DNA of 62,303 nt, the filler included, from Dimargaris cristalligena (lineage: Eukaryota), in the NCBI GenBank assembly GCA_003614675.1. It is 6 parts of 6 records of this genome, joined end to end, with 100 filler letters (N's around TTAATTAATTAA, not from the genome) between each part and the next. Parts side by side here need not be neighbours in the genome. Positions count along the whole stretch, not along the records: positions 20,872 to 31,187 come from ML003198.1; positions 31,288 to 41,590 come from ML003200.1; 4 more parts are not named here. One strand, given 5' to 3'. Below the pieces are notes generated by a model, which saw only the letters and a list, made by a program, of their open reading frames with translations, had not been told where the DNA came from and searched no databases. The position numbers and the translations under genes were made by a program. Positions 24,351 to 37,247 of this stretch are shown here, one piece after another. The first letter of the stretch is position 1. Each line of letters opens with the position of its first letter.

Positions 24351-27068
24351 ATGGCTTCCCTTCGCCCGGGCTTTTCGGCGAAGCGTTCGTTCAGTCCGCG
24401 CTCACTGACCCCGAGTCCCCCTAAACCATCCCAAGTACCCGACAATGCCGTCTTTGAAATGCAGTGCTACCAGAGTCTCTACCACAAGGACCATTCGGTG
24501 CTGTCCCTGGCCGCCACCCAAGAGTACATCTTCTGTGGTACTCAGGGTTCCTGCATCCACGCCTGGGGGGCCCAAGACTTCCTGCCGAAGAAGGTCCTAA
24601 CCGGCCACACGGGCAGCGTGTTCTCGCTCGTGCTTGACGTCGGTCACCACACCCTGTACAGCGCCTCAGGAGACGGTACCGTCCGGGCTTGGGACACCAC
24701 CACCCTTACCTGCCGCTTCGTTCTCCATTCGGGCCCCAATGTGGGCGACATTCTCTCCTTAGCCTACTGCCCGCAGTTTGACACCTTGTTCATGGGCTGC
24801 CAGAACACCAGCATCCAGTGGTTTTCCCCGTCCTCGCCCGACTCGCGACCCAAGTCCCCCAAAGAACTCGAACACATTTCCCAGAACTCCAAATTCTTTG
24901 ACTCGGCCACCTCGCAAACTTTTGCTTTGGAATTGGACCCCTCGGTCGAGCATTACGTGGTCTTCGACAACAATATTCAACCCCATAGTCACTATGGACA
25001 CGTCTATTCCCTGCTCCTGGGCTCCCTGCCCAACCAAGGGGCCGACCCCGTTCTTTTTTCGGGTTCCGGCGACGGCGAAGTCAAATTATGGTCCGTGTCG
25101 GCATCCGGCATTAGCCCCTTGCGCTCCCTGAAGGGGGATATCACCAATATTTTCGCCATGACCCTGAGCGAGGGGTTGCTGTTCTGTGGTTGTCAGGACG
25201 GCCTGATTAAGATTTGGGACTTGGAAACCAACCAGATGATGCTACGGCTCAAAGCCCATAGCGATGACGTGCTCACCCTGGTGTCGGCCTACCCGAACCT
25301 GTATTCCGCATCCGCCGATGGATCAATCAAAATCTGGGATCGCAACTTCCAGTGCCTCTGGGAAACGGACGGCCCGGAGGGTATCGTCCTGACTTCCATT
25401 CTGAGTGGCCCCTACCTGGTCACGGGCAGTAGCGACCAGGTCGTTAAATTCTGGCACCTTCCCGAGCATGCCCTCGGGGTTCCCCCTAGCCCCCACTCGT
25501 CCCTAACCCGCCCGGCCCTTCTGACCACCCTGGAGAAATGGATCACCTACTCTTCCATCAGTGGGTCCCCCCGTTACCAGCATGACTGCCGACGGGCGGC
25601 CCGCTTCCTGAAAACCACCTGCGAGCAACTGGGCGCCGAGTCCCGCCTGATTCCCGGTGGTTACGGCCAAAACCCTCTGGTCTTTGCCCGTTTCCGTGCT
25701 AACGCCCCACCCGACTTGACGAACTTGTCTCTCCATCCCGGCCGCGCCCCTTCTGCCACGGATTCGCCCTCGCCGGGCTCCAAGAATGCTGAAACGCCTA
25801 CGGTGCTGGTCTACGGCCATTACGACGTCTTCTCCGTGGACGAGTCCCTCTGGGATAGTCCACCTTTTGAGATGCACGGCCGGGACGGCTTCCTCTACGG
25901 CCGCGGCGTGACCGACGATAAGGGTCCGATTCTGGCCATGCTCTACGCCGTCTTTGAGTTGCACCAGGCCCAAGAACTGGCCCATAATGTTGAGTTTCTC
26001 ATCGAGGGTGAGGAGGAAAACGGAAGTGTAGGACTCAAGGAAGCGGTGCAGGGGGCCGGCGGTTTATTCGGCCGACCTAGCGTTATTTTACTTAGTAACT
26101 CGTACTGGATCGGCGAAGACCTGCCCTGCCTCACCTATGGTTTGCGGGGGGCCATCCACTCCACCATCCAAGTGATCTGCGACCGCAAAGATGTCCATTC
26201 GGGGGTCTCAGGGGGAGCCGTGGTCGAACCCTTGCAAATTGTACTGAAACTTGTTTCCCAACTCGTAGACGACCAAGGTCGGGTCTCTATCCCCGAATTC
26301 TACGACTCGGTGGCTCCGCCCCAGCGAGTCGAAGATACGTACTACCGCCAGATTGTCCAGCGCATTGAGAACCGGCCTTTGGACGAGGCGGAACTCGAAA
26401 AACTCAAGGCCCGTCTTATGGCGCGTTGGCGATTCCCCTCCCTCACGGTACACAAGGTGGACGTCAGCGGGCCCCAGAGCAACGACTCCATTATACCCCA
26501 CAGCGCCCAAGCCTCGGTCAGTCTGCGGGTCGTTCCCAACCAGGCCATCGACACCGTGGCGGCCCAGTTTACCGAACACGTACAACGGCTGTTTGACCAA
26601 CTCTTCCCCGGCCTGAGCCCGGCCTCCGCTTCCGGATGTCGACTTAACGTCACCATCCGCAACACCGCCGACTGGTGGCTCGGTGACACCACCAACGCCT
26701 ACTTCCAGGCCGCCGAACAGGCGATTACTAACCAGTGGGGCACGAAACCCATGTATATCCGTGAAGGGGGAACCATCGGGGCCGTACCTTGGCTCGAACA
26801 TCACTTCGAATCGAGTGCCGTCAATATTCCCCTGGGGCAGTCATCGGACCAGGCCCATTTGAGCAACGAACGGATCCGTTTGAAGAATTTGCTTAAAGGA
26901 AAGGAAGTAATGAAGGATTTCTTCCGGGGGATTGGGCAGCCCCAGGCACAGACATCAGTATCCGAAAACTCGGCTATAGTGTCCCCTATGGTTGCCGCGA
27001 CCAATACCAATGAAGCGACCGAATCTAACAGCGCGAAGCCGGATAGTGATGCTGGACTGGAGGTATAG
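24351..27068 (+). CDS. DUG2: Dug2: WD40 repeats + M20A peptidase-like domain (glutathione degradation complex)
   Basis: GH..WD repeats with the GCQNTSIQW and HYGHVYSL signatures, then YGHYDV, YGRGVTDDKGP, EGEEENGS, SNSYW, YIREGG, DQAHLSNERI. The likely start is the ATG of MASLRPG at 24351; the upstream in-frame part looks like UTR. Confidence 0.92.
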   Translation: MASLRPGFSAKRSFSPRSLTPSPPKPSQVPDNAVFEMQCYQSLYHKDHSVLSLAATQEYIFCGTQGSCIHAWGAQDFLPKKVLTGHTGSVFSLVLDVGHHTLYSASGDGTVRAWDTTTLTCRFVLHSGPNVGDILSLAYCPQFDTLFMGCQNTSIQWFSPSSPDSRPKSPKELEHISQNSKFFDSATSQTFALELDPSVEHYVVFDNNIQPHSHYGHVYSLLLGSLPNQGADPVLFSGSGDGEVKLWSVSASGISPLRSLKGDITNIFAMTLSEGLLFCGCQDGLIKIWDLETNQMMLRLKAHSDDVLTLVSAYPNLYSASADGSIKIWDRNFQCLWETDGPEGIVLTSILSGPYLVTGSSDQVVKFWHLPEHALGVPPSPHSSLTRPALLTTLEKWITYSSISGSPRYQHDCRRAARFLKTTCEQLGAESRLIPGGYGQNPLVFARFRANAPPDLTNLSLHPGRAPSATDSPSPGSKNAETPTVLVYGHYDVFSVDESLWDSPPFEMHGRDGFLYGRGVTDDKGPILAMLYAVFELHQAQELAHNVEFLIEGEEENGSVGLKEAVQGAGGLFGRPSVILLSNSYWIGEDLPCLTYGLRGAIHSTIQVICDRKDVHSGVSGGAVVEPLQIVLKLVSQLVDDQGRVSIPEFYDSVAPPQRVEDTYYRQIVQRIENRPLDEAELEKLKARLMARWRFPSLTVHKVDVSGPQSNDSIIPHSAQASVSLRVVPNQAIDTVAAQFTEHVQRLFDQLFPGLSPASASGCRLNVTIRNTADWWLGDTTNAYFQAAEQAITNQWGTKPMYIREGGTIGAVPWLEHHFESSAVNIPLGQSSDQAHLSNERIRLKNLLKGKEVMKDFFRGIGQPQAQTSVSENSAIVSPMVAATNTNEATESNSAKPDSDAGLEV

Positions 27069-30000
27069 GTGGGTGTATACGCGACCGATGAACCCATATT
27101 CGGAATTAAACAATTGATACCTGCTGTTGTTGAAATATAAACTATCAGGTGCACTAGGTTGGCCTTTTTGGTATATCCCCTCATTAAAAAGACGGACATC
27201 CTCTATTATCGGCGGGATACCAATCCTTTGATTCCGTGAACTATTGTAAACCTGACTTGGTTGAACTCGTCGGCTGTGTAAAGTTTAATATCGGGCTATT
27301 TTCCTGTGTCACAGTAAACTGATATCATTATATATATCCCACCTCTACGTTAGCATGCGGGTTGTGTTTCAAGGCTAATACTCACTTAATTGGCGATTTT
27401 GCTAGCCGCCGAATCAAAGAGGGTGTAACAATTCGATGGCTGCTGATTTATACCGATGCTCCCTAAATGAGGCGGGCCATACCCACCCCCTTTTGGTTTT
27501 TCGTTATAAAAAACAATACATAGCCTTAGAATCGTAGAACTAGAACTGACTATGTTAGACGGGAAATAATAATAATAACAAGTAGTAGTAAGGACCAGAT
27601 GTTACACGGTCCCCCTGGTCTGTGGTTCCAAAGTACATGCAATTTTATCTATCAGCGCATCAGCATATAGTTATTCTCTCCTCTCTACCTCACCCTCTAC
27701 TTCCGCTTTTGGGCGCATTCGTTAGTATTTAGAAGCTATTTTTCAACTACTACCACAACACATTATATTCAATTAAATGGTACGCTATTGAAACCACATT
27801 TTATTTCCGAACTATGTGAATCATTTACTGTCAAATATACGCCCACCGCCTAACACCAGCGTTTGGGCACACGGCCATTGGCTAAGCAAACGCCCAAACC
27901 CATGGACTGTACCACCCACTGTACGATACTGTAGAACTCCAGTTTGGCTCTCACGCTCGATCTACTTCTCCCAGTTTGGCAGGCCTTTTTTGACCACCCC
28001 GCCATCCGTTGGCAGGTAGCCGTCGTCATTATGATTAGAGGCGTGGTTTAACGGGATTTCGGCGGTTTTTGTAGAGGAAGTCTCCGACGGGTCATATAAC
28101 TCTATATAGAGCCACGGGTCCCGGGGAAGTGTGAGTAGGGTATATTCAGAAATTTGTATAATATTCATAATAATAAGAAGCCGTGGGTTGGGTACAGTGG
28201 CAAAGTCCAAAGCTTGGGCTGGCTAGTCCATTTCTGCGTAAGATATACTATTACATCTGTTTATTACAACGGAATACCGGTAGACTTGTGGAGTCGGCGG
28301 CCATGCCAGGCGAGCGGCAATAGATATAACGTCCATGGGCTTTAAAACTTTATTGTGGATTGGGTAGTGGCCATGTAGGGCGGGGCTGGATAATATAGGG
28401 TCAGCTGAGTTCATGTATCTGTAAACATTAGCCAACCAATAGTGACGCAGATCTAAGAACCACCGAACACAAACGAAGTCGAAAACTGTGTCAGATTAGA
28501 GTGTTTCATGGCTGTTAAGATGAAACCCGGTGTCGGGGGATGCTGCTTGGGGCATAATAGTTACAGATTAGGACAGCATCTAGAACCCCAAGTGGCCAAT
28601 CCAATTAGGCGCTGCTCTCGAACACATAGTCTGTTTACATATTTGACAACGGTCGGAATGCTTTCTAATACCCGAATGATTTACCGATAGTCCCGGTGAG
28701 TTGGTTTGGGAAATGAGGTAGAGAGGGCTCTCTCTATTCCCAGGCTGTGCCATTCAATGATAATGAACAGCATGCCCCAATTATTAGTTAGCTTGGCTGC
28801 TTAAAAGGCATGTGGGTAACTTGGCCTGTACGAGCTTTAGCCATATATTCCTCAAGGTTTTCTGTAAGGGCAGGAATCCGGCGGTATTTTTTTTCGTCGA
28901 TGGATTAAATTGGACTCATTCAATTTTCCTAAATAGTTAACCCAAGGGACAGCTTGCTAATCGGCTAACTCCAGTATCGGGATGCCTTTGAGCACTATCC
29001 CAACTCCCTTTGAATGGCCTTGAACAAAGGGGGGTGGATGAGATGACTAACCAGCGCGAGGTAATTACCCCCGTCTTGGACTTTGCATACCCGTGTTTCC
29101 GGTCTTACTCACCGATGGCCACCAACAAGTATAAATTAAATGTACGACATTGTATATTCAGTTGACTTGAAATGGCACCTGCCCCCTTTTAGACACATGC
29201 TATTTCCATCTTGGGCCCAATGCCTTAATCGCGGTATTCGGTTAAATCCGCGTAATATTAAACCCAAACTCCCTCCCCTAATTCATGTTTTTTATATAGT
29301 CAATACTACTACAATTGCCTACCTTAATATCCCATCTGGCGACTATCATAATTATTTTTGGTATTTTATTTTCACCCCCCGTCTGGGCGGGATTACCTTG
29401 TAAGTGTTCGGCTTCCTTTAGCGAAAACATCCGTAGTGGCACCTCTTAACATATCCCAACGCTTGGCGGCTCTTGAACAGCCTGCGCCTTGGCTCTCATA
29501 TGGGGGTTAAAGGGACAGCATTGCTACATTCCCAACTGTGTCACCATCGGCGCTACCGACCGGGTCAGCTGGAATACAGTGGCGGCTGCCCTTTTTCTTC
29601 CCGACTTCACCAATGTTGTATTTTTCATTAACCGTGCGCAGGAAAATGCAATGACCTGTCTATTATACCACTGCCTTTTATCTGCGGCTGTCGAACCTTG
29701 GGTGCCCATTGCTAGTTTCAACTGATATATTGGGACAGGCCTTGTGCTTTAGATACAGTAGACCCTGCGAAAAAATCAATAAAGGAATAAAGGAAGTGGT
29801 TACTACTTCTTTGAATAGCCCAGAGAATGTACAGTATGATTCCAACGATACCAAGGTTGAGCACAAATTAGGGATACCCTTGCCTGAATCGCCACTTTTT
29901 TTTTAGACGGGTCAGCTCCGGTATGGCATGGTGCTGAGGTGGCCTAGCCAGTATCCCACAGCCCGCCTTGTTTAGCTACTTGGCCTACACCTACGCTTCC

Positions 30001-30706
30001 TGATTTATTCTCTTCGCCTTCATTCTTTACTTACCATGTATCAAGGTGGCCCCCCTTTCCCACTGGTGTTGTTATTACAACTAAACCCCCGTTCGCTTTA
30101 CTCATATTAAAATAGCGTAGATGTTGCCCTAGTTTTCTAAGCAGGTACCAATTACTAGGGTCACCTCTAACTAACCCTAATCCCGGACGCTCTTAAAATT
30201 ATTTGCCCGACTACTTGGCTTGTGCCAAGCCACTCTTTTCCCCGCTCTATGAATTGACCGTGAAGGGGGTGTGGGAACCTTATATTAAGCCCGATCGGCG
30301 CCCTGCTGAAAGAGGGGGAAATAAAGTTCCCCTCCCTCGGCTGGTTCTCACTTAACTACGCCCCACTAATACCTTCCCATTTATTTCGGTTACTTCCTGC
30401 TGACTTCAGCAATTACTTGTTCACCCTCCCAAAAATACATACAGGCTGTGCTATTTAATTGCTTTACCTGGACTAGTCTTTATTGCAATTCCGAATATAT
30501 ACATATATATATATATATACATAATATTCTTCAACTTCAATTTGGTCTCGGACTACTATAACTTCCCAACTGTATTTCAACAACTCAATTTAACCTCCCC
30601 CTATCCAGGATTATCGTGTCTCCGCTAAATTTTACATTTAATATAGTATTTAATATTATTGATTCCACCCCTTTCAGTAAACTCGACCCACCACCTCCTC
30701 CCCAAA

Positions 30707-31187
30707 ATGAAGGCCCTCCCCACCAATGTTGCCATTGACAACTCCCACGTCAGCATGGCCATCGACCTGATCCAAAATCCCGTTATTCTTCGGGGCACCA
30801 AATCGACCTGTCGAGGAACTATCATTAACGGCTACCTAACCTTAAGTGTCTCCGAACCGACCCGTCTGCGTGCATTATTACTATGTTTCAAAGGAATCGA
30901 GAATATCAACTGTGTCGATGCAGGTAGGTCACCTTGTCTAATTTTTAACTGAAATCCAAGCATGCCCCTTATAATGGCACCCCAGCAACCCTTGGATATG
31001 ATACTCTCCAACGGTCCTCCAACCCCGCACTTGCTCTCTACCGAAGGATAACCATCCCCCCAGGGCGATTTTACTAAACTAGACTGCACCAGTTTGTTAA
31101 TGAGCGAAAATATCATTAACAGACGGTCCCGTTAATGCAAAAATGGAGGGCGACTCGGACATATCGGAAGCCATGGATGAACCGCCA
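30707..31187 (+). CDS. Alpha-arrestin-like protein, 5' end (exons 30707-30923 and 31123 to the contig end)
   Basis: IDLIQNPVILRG..GTIINGYLTLSVSEPTRLRALLLCFKG fits the arrestin N-domain strand pattern. GTAGGT donor and AACAG acceptor keep the frame open. Confidence 0.7.
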
Positions 31188-31287
31188 NNNNNNNNNNNNN
31201 NNNNNNNNNNNNNNNNNNNNNNNNNNNNNNNTTAATTAATTAANNNNNNNNNNNNNNNNNNNNNNNNNNNNNNNNNNNNNNNNNNNN
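31188..31287. other. Artificial contig spacer
   Basis: N44-TTAATTAATTAA-N44. Confidence 0.98.
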
Positions 31288-33036
31288 GCCGGTGTGTCCT
31301 ATATTTATGCCCCCCCCTTCTTCTCTGCAGCTGTTTGACTATACATGTTCATATATAAGGCCCGAGTACTGCCTATCGCTGCTCGACTTTGATTTCATTT
31401 CTTTTTCCCCCTTTGCCAAACCCTCATCTTACTACTAGGGAACTCCGTCGGGAAACTAGTAGTCTAGTTCGGAATAAGCCTCCAGCCACCTAGGTTTCAA
31501 AGCAGCGGTCTCTATCTCCTTTAATTCTACATTTAATAGTACATCTTGTCGACCTTTATCTTACGTTATACCTTAATTATCTATCTAAACCTCCCTCTTA
31601 TTTTCTTTCCTTTTCCCACTCGAAGAAATTAATATCCTTTCCATCTAATACCCATTCACTCTCTACAGCTCTTTTAAGATTCCTTTAGATTATATATAGC
31701 CAATACGCCCCTTAAACGGATATTTCCCCGCCATTTCATCCCTCTTTCACATTCCAGGGAGTAAAGGATAACTTAAAAGTTGGTTTATTACCCATCCCTG
31801 ACCTTGTGAACTCGTACCCTTCTCCCCTAAAATACAGGTCTAGTCCCTACACCAATTTTTTTAACGGCTCGCTCCCCACCGGTACTATATATCTTTCTAG
31901 AAACACCTGCCCCGTGGTAGACGAATTTCCCTTTCCCACTATATCCCTCCCCTTGCGTTCTTCCGCACCAACCGAGGCCAAGGTTGAACACACTGTTATA
32001 TTTGTCTAGCGCTGGTCAATAGCATTGGTGAGTGTTACATCCCACCCGATTGGAACGTCAGGGTCTGTTTTCGAGACGTTTCCCTTACCCAGCCCCCCGG
32101 CTTCTTCCACCTTTTTTCTATTGAACCGACTGTTGGGTTACTAAGCCAACTACTACCTCGGAGATACCAATCACCCCATCGATAATCAGGCGCCATCGCT
32201 CCGATTGTACTTGCATACTTCAACACTAGACCGTACCACTACGGTATTGCATTGAGTAGATGAGCTAGTTCGGATACTATATTTTGTTCAACCCCCAATT
32301 AATACTGCTATTTCTACCAACGATTACGTAATTTTTCACTGCTGTATTAGTTTTTTTAAAAACGAGGAAGCCCTTTCACAAAATATTCCCTTAGAGATTA
32401 TTCCTTCTCCGGGACCGCCTTACCTAAATTAACGCCGTATTACTATCTGGACATTGGTCTGTCCAGCATAATTCCCACCCCTGTTGCGCACCTTCCACCC
32501 CAGCCTGGCATTACCATATTTCAGCGAAATTAAAACATTCGCTAGATTAGTGTGATATAGACTTTATATATATTATAATTTCCAGCTACTCGAACCCTCC
32601 CTTCCCCCATTGGGAATATTTCACCGAGTCTTTGTTTATTTATCGTTTTCAACTAGCGTGCGCCACCATCTCGGGTGCTGTTACTTCTTTTAGGTTATAG
32701 GGAATCGCCCTATTCCAACCGTTTATTTCCTTGCTGGAATTCTCGCATAGTGCGGCGGTGGTGACTCCGCAATCCAAAGGGACAGTCTACTGTCGAACCT
32801 TGCATAGCCCCCTTACATGTTCTGCCTATGGCCCCGGCGCCACCCTGGCCATTTCAAGATTCATGTTTACTAACCCGCCTCGCCATCCTGTCCACCTGGC
32901 GCGACGGAGGAGCTCCCTCCGCTTCTCCCCCCTATTATTATTTTTACTTTCCCCCATGTCCACACCCATATCCTCTCCATCACGAATCATTTCCCCTTCA
33001 TTCGTTGAATCCCAGTTGACCCGGCTCCCCAGTGCC

Positions 33037-35271
33037 ATGGCGGCCGGTCCCTTTGTTTCCCGCCGGTGGAATAATATACTACCATGGCTTTTTGTGGGAC
33101 TGCTGTGGCTGATGGGGTTAGTATCCCCCACTGGGGCCAAGGTTATCCTCATGGGCCCGGATGGGACCCCCAAAGCTACCTATCTGTCGTACGATTTCCA
33201 GGGCGATACGGTACCCTATTATGTGCGCTATGGTCCCCTAATTCATTTAGAGTTGGACAGTGACTGCCAGTGGCCATTATCACCCGCGGTTCGGGAATCG
33301 GGGGCCTCGTCCAGTAGGATAAATAACCATATGCGCAAACTAAAACAATCCGATGAATCGACGGACCCCGCCCTCTCCTCCTCCTCCGATGCCAGCCCGA
33401 TCGAGCTGCCCCCTAGTGGACCGGGCTTTGACCAACCCCTTTGGCCAGTGGTTACGGATAGCATTTCCCAGGCCGAACTAGACGCTATCATCCAGCCACC
33501 ACCCTCCTCTGCTTTGGTTGAGGAGCAACCCCCCCCCTCATTTACAACGACGTGCGCTTACTGTGGAGGAAGGGAAAGCCAATTCGGTCCCAAACCCGAC
33601 TTCATCGCGAAACCCTTCCCCGACAACGACCACTACTAGCTCCCCTTCATCGTCACCACCGCCTTCGATCCCGCGTTTCGACCCGGCCCAATTCGACCAG
33701 TACGAGGGAACGGCCAGTGCCTTCAATAGCACCACCCTGTTTTTCCACCAACCCGACCTCATTCAAAGTGGCTGCCGGAGCTACATTGAGGTGCTTAAAC
33801 AATCCCCACAAATTATTAAATCGGTCCGGGACGCGGGGTACCCGACCCCCAATTTGTTTCTGTTCTCGACGCTGCAGACCAGTACGGATAATTTTGGGTT
33901 TGTGGATACCGATGTGTTCGATAACTACCACAAACATTGGCAATATGTGCCCAAAGGAGTGTACTTGGCCGTCGTGAGCAGGGGAACGGGAATTATGCTC
34001 AAAGATGAAGGAGTTCTAGTGGCCAAAGTTATCGAAGGTAAGAGAGACTTTGCAGTATGTTTGTACATCTCTTAATCAATATAGTCGGATTGAATTGATA
34101 CGGGATTTATTACATTTTATACCGCCGAAGAAGCAGTTTCTTGAACACCCAAAAACGTAGTGTGCGTGTGACTAATCAGTAATTGTGTATGCATGATTTT
34201 ATGACGATACCATCCCGTAAACAATATTATATATTAGATCCCGGTGTTTGGAACAGATTTATCAAATCGCCGCTATGGCTTGCTTGTCGGATTATTGATT
34301 TTGTAATGGTAGGTTATAATGATAATATGTACCAGAAATTGAGTTGCTATTATGGGGGGATTACGGTGAGTCTTTGTCCGACGTTTCTCTTTCCTAACCT
34401 ATCCCCTATATATATATATATATTACATCACCGGAATTGCCTGTACCCCCCGCTCCACTGCACGTAGATACTTCCGGCGGCGATGTATGCCATTTATCAA
34501 ATAGCCTTCCTTCTTTACAAGCAGGGCCTCCATTTCAATATCCGGATTTTCATATTCCTGAGCGCCATTTTCTTCATGATCGTCGCCTTGGCCATTCCCA
34601 TGGGCCGCCCAGCCAGCTATGTGGAAATTATTTTCCGGTATTCATCCTGGATGTTTGGGTTTACGGGGGCCAATATTATTATAGTTTCCTGGACCCGGAT
34701 TGTAGTGAACATCTGCAAGCTGCGGTTCGTCCAACTGCTTTATTTCGTCTGTGCCTTACATGTCGCTGTGGTGGTCATTATCAGCATGAGTTCAGTGATT
34801 TATATGCTCGTCCGTAGTCTACAAATCATAATGATTATTATGGGCGTGGCGCGCTACGGCATGACCAGTGTGATTACGGCCCAGGCCCTCCTCATGCTCA
34901 TTTACTGCTCGATTTTTATTTACCGCATCTACCATATGCCCATGTCGACCTACTCTCGGTTCATTTTAATTCGTCTAACGGTCCTCATTTTGTGCGTTGC
35001 GGTGGGCATGGTGCTCAATATGGTGACGTGGGTCATTTTTTTCCAGCCCGAAACTAGTCCCGGGCTGGTCGCCACCCGCAATATTTTGTTTAGTTTTTGC
35101 GTATTTTTTCTATTCGGAACGGTATTTTACTTTTTGCGAGTCAGGGACCACCAGCGCGATAATTCGACCCTGTGTACCGGCGACCACTGGAAACTGGAAT
35201 CGAAGCGCCATACTCGGGAATCCGACATTTCGACGGCGGCTGACGAGAATCACTCACCCCACCATATATAA
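33037..35271 (+). CDS. Orphan 7TM membrane protein with signal peptide and large ectodomain; exons 33037-34037 (+1 frameshift at C9, 33529-33537), 34238-34308, 34468-35271
   Basis: Signal peptide ILPWLFVGLLWLMGLVSPTGA. GTAAGA/TTAG and GTAGGT/GTAG splice sites keep phase and give ..KVIEDPGVWNRF..FVMILPAAMYAIYQ... Seven hydrophobic segments follow. Alternative start at 32956. Confidence 0.75.
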
Positions 35272-36362
35272 AAGCAATACCACTTTACTACCCGCAACCC
35301 ACCATCACACACATGCCAATTTACTAATGTTAAAGTGATTATGTAATTATTATTTTTCACCCGTACTTTTATGCCCGTTATCATCTCCATGATTTCACGA
35401 TATTTTCCTACCAAAACCTGCATTGTTAATATGTTGACAAATAAAAAGTTGTCGTCGACAATCTACTGCTGACTGGGATGGATGCGCACACCCTTCCAGG
35501 CGCACCCTTCTCTAGGGGAGTAAGGTCAAAAAAGAAGAGGGATGTGGTGTAGTTACACGATTTGTAATGGCTTGGCAAATTCTTTTTCGAATATCACAGG
35601 TGTCCCCCCTTCTCCTTCCTACTCGCACACAGCCGGGATTGGCGTACAGGGGGGGGGGGTCAAAAGCGCCAGTATAATGAGGGTTTTGTTCATTCAACCG
35701 GGCCAAGTGCTCATATGATTCAGCCCTACTGCCAAAATGATCGAATCGAATGGTAGATAGGATAGCCAAGGGGTAAAAGAGGGGGGAATGGGTAATAGGG
35801 GGGAGAGGGGCTATAGAACAATCCTCGCCCATTAAAATCCGAGGTATAAAGGGTGACGTCAGGAGACAGTTGAGACTATACATGGTACTGCTGCTACTTC
35901 TGGCCTCACAGGCAGCAGAGCGGCGCCCTGCCCCGCCAAGCGTCGACTGACCAACCAGGCCCAGATGGGAAGGATTGGCAAATTGAGTGATGGCTGTGTT
36001 AGTTGAGCCTTGTATGGGGTGTGGGGTATTACAGCCTATTTACTCTCTGTTTAGCCTGTCTTTCTGGCCGACCCGACAGCTCTCTCTCGCGAGTCCATTC
36101 CACTTTTATTTTGACATTCCCTGTACCTTTTTTTTACTCTGTTACTCAGCAACCCTATTGTTCCCAAGGTCCCAAAGCTCCACTTCGTTCCACCATACCT
36201 ACACACTCCTGGTTCCCGTCTGGCTTTATTCCCGGTTTTCTACTCACCCGCCTCTCTGAGTATTACTCCAATCTCTAGTCTACTCTTCCGATTGACTTTC
36301 CCTATTTCCACTTCCCCCAACACTCACACACCCCTCGTCCTTTTCCTGATACTCTAGACACG

Positions 36363-37247
36363 ATGAGTTGGAGCGGCTTCAAGAAAAGTATGAACCGAAC
36401 CGGCATTTCCCTCATGCAGGGGTTCGGGGCCATCGACAAGACCGTCGACAAGGATTTCCTGGAGAAGGAGGCCAGTTTCAAGCATCTCCAAGTCAAAGTC
36501 GAAGAGCTGCACAAGGAAGCCCGTGGCTACGGCGAAGCCGTCAAGGCCATGACCACCGCCCAATTGCAGGTCGCCGAACATCTCGAACATTTCTACGACC
36601 CCAATTCGGCGGGCGGGGCCTACAGTGCGCAGTACCGCCAAACCATGGCCGATATCGACACCCACACCCGCCCGGAGTTCGACGACGTTTACCAGGAAAC
36701 GGTCATGAACCCCATCGGCCGGTACTGCGGTTATATCCCCGAGTTCAACGCCGCCATCAGTAAACGGGGCCGGAAATTGCTCGATTACGACCAGGCCCGC
36801 AGCAAGGCCAAGAAACTGGCCGATAAACAACCCACCCATGTGACCGGCGGTACGTCGGCGTCGCAGTCGTTCCCGGATGAGGATCGTAGTCGGGCGGAAC
36901 AAGCCGAATCGCAGGCCCGGACTACGTACGAAGTATTGAACCAGCAGTTGTCGGACGAAATCCCTCAATTTGTCAACATTCGTGTGCCGTATCTCGAGCC
37001 GTCCTTCGAAGCCCTCCTCAAGGCCCAACTGAAATTCTTCGAAGATTCCTACGCCCAGCTACAAACGGTGGGTACTAAATTGCCCCTCGGAGCGGCGGGG
37101 ACTTCGGCACCGAGCGGTGCGGGTTATACCCAGTCCCGGGATGTTGGAGCCGATGGTGCCCCGGGTAACCGGCCCATGAATGAGCAGGTGGAGGATGTTC
37201 TCCAGGAAATGCGTGACCTGTCAATATGCGGGATGACCGTCCGTTAA
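36363..37247 (+). CDS. RVS161: N-BAR domain amphiphysin, Rvs161/Hob3
   Basis: MSWSGFKKSMNR start, KTVDKDF, AISKRGRKLLDYD, RVPYLEPSFEALLKAQ. BAR domain only, no SH3. Confidence 0.9.
   Translation: MSWSGFKKSMNRTGISLMQGFGAIDKTVDKDFLEKEASFKHLQVKVEELHKEARGYGEAVKAMTTAQLQVAEHLEHFYDPNSAGGAYSAQYRQTMADIDTHTRPEFDDVYQETVMNPIGRYCGYIPEFNAAISKRGRKLLDYDQARSKAKKLADKQPTHVTGGTSASQSFPDEDRSRAEQAESQARTTYEVLNQQLSDEIPQFVNIRVPYLEPSFEALLKAQLKFFEDSYAQLQTVGTKLPLGAAGTSAPSGAGYTQSRDVGADGAPGNRPMNEQVEDVLQEMRDLSICGMTVR

Noticed and set aside
30167..30180. Telomere-like CTAACTAACCCTAA
   Set aside because: Only one proper unit, and internal to a contig.
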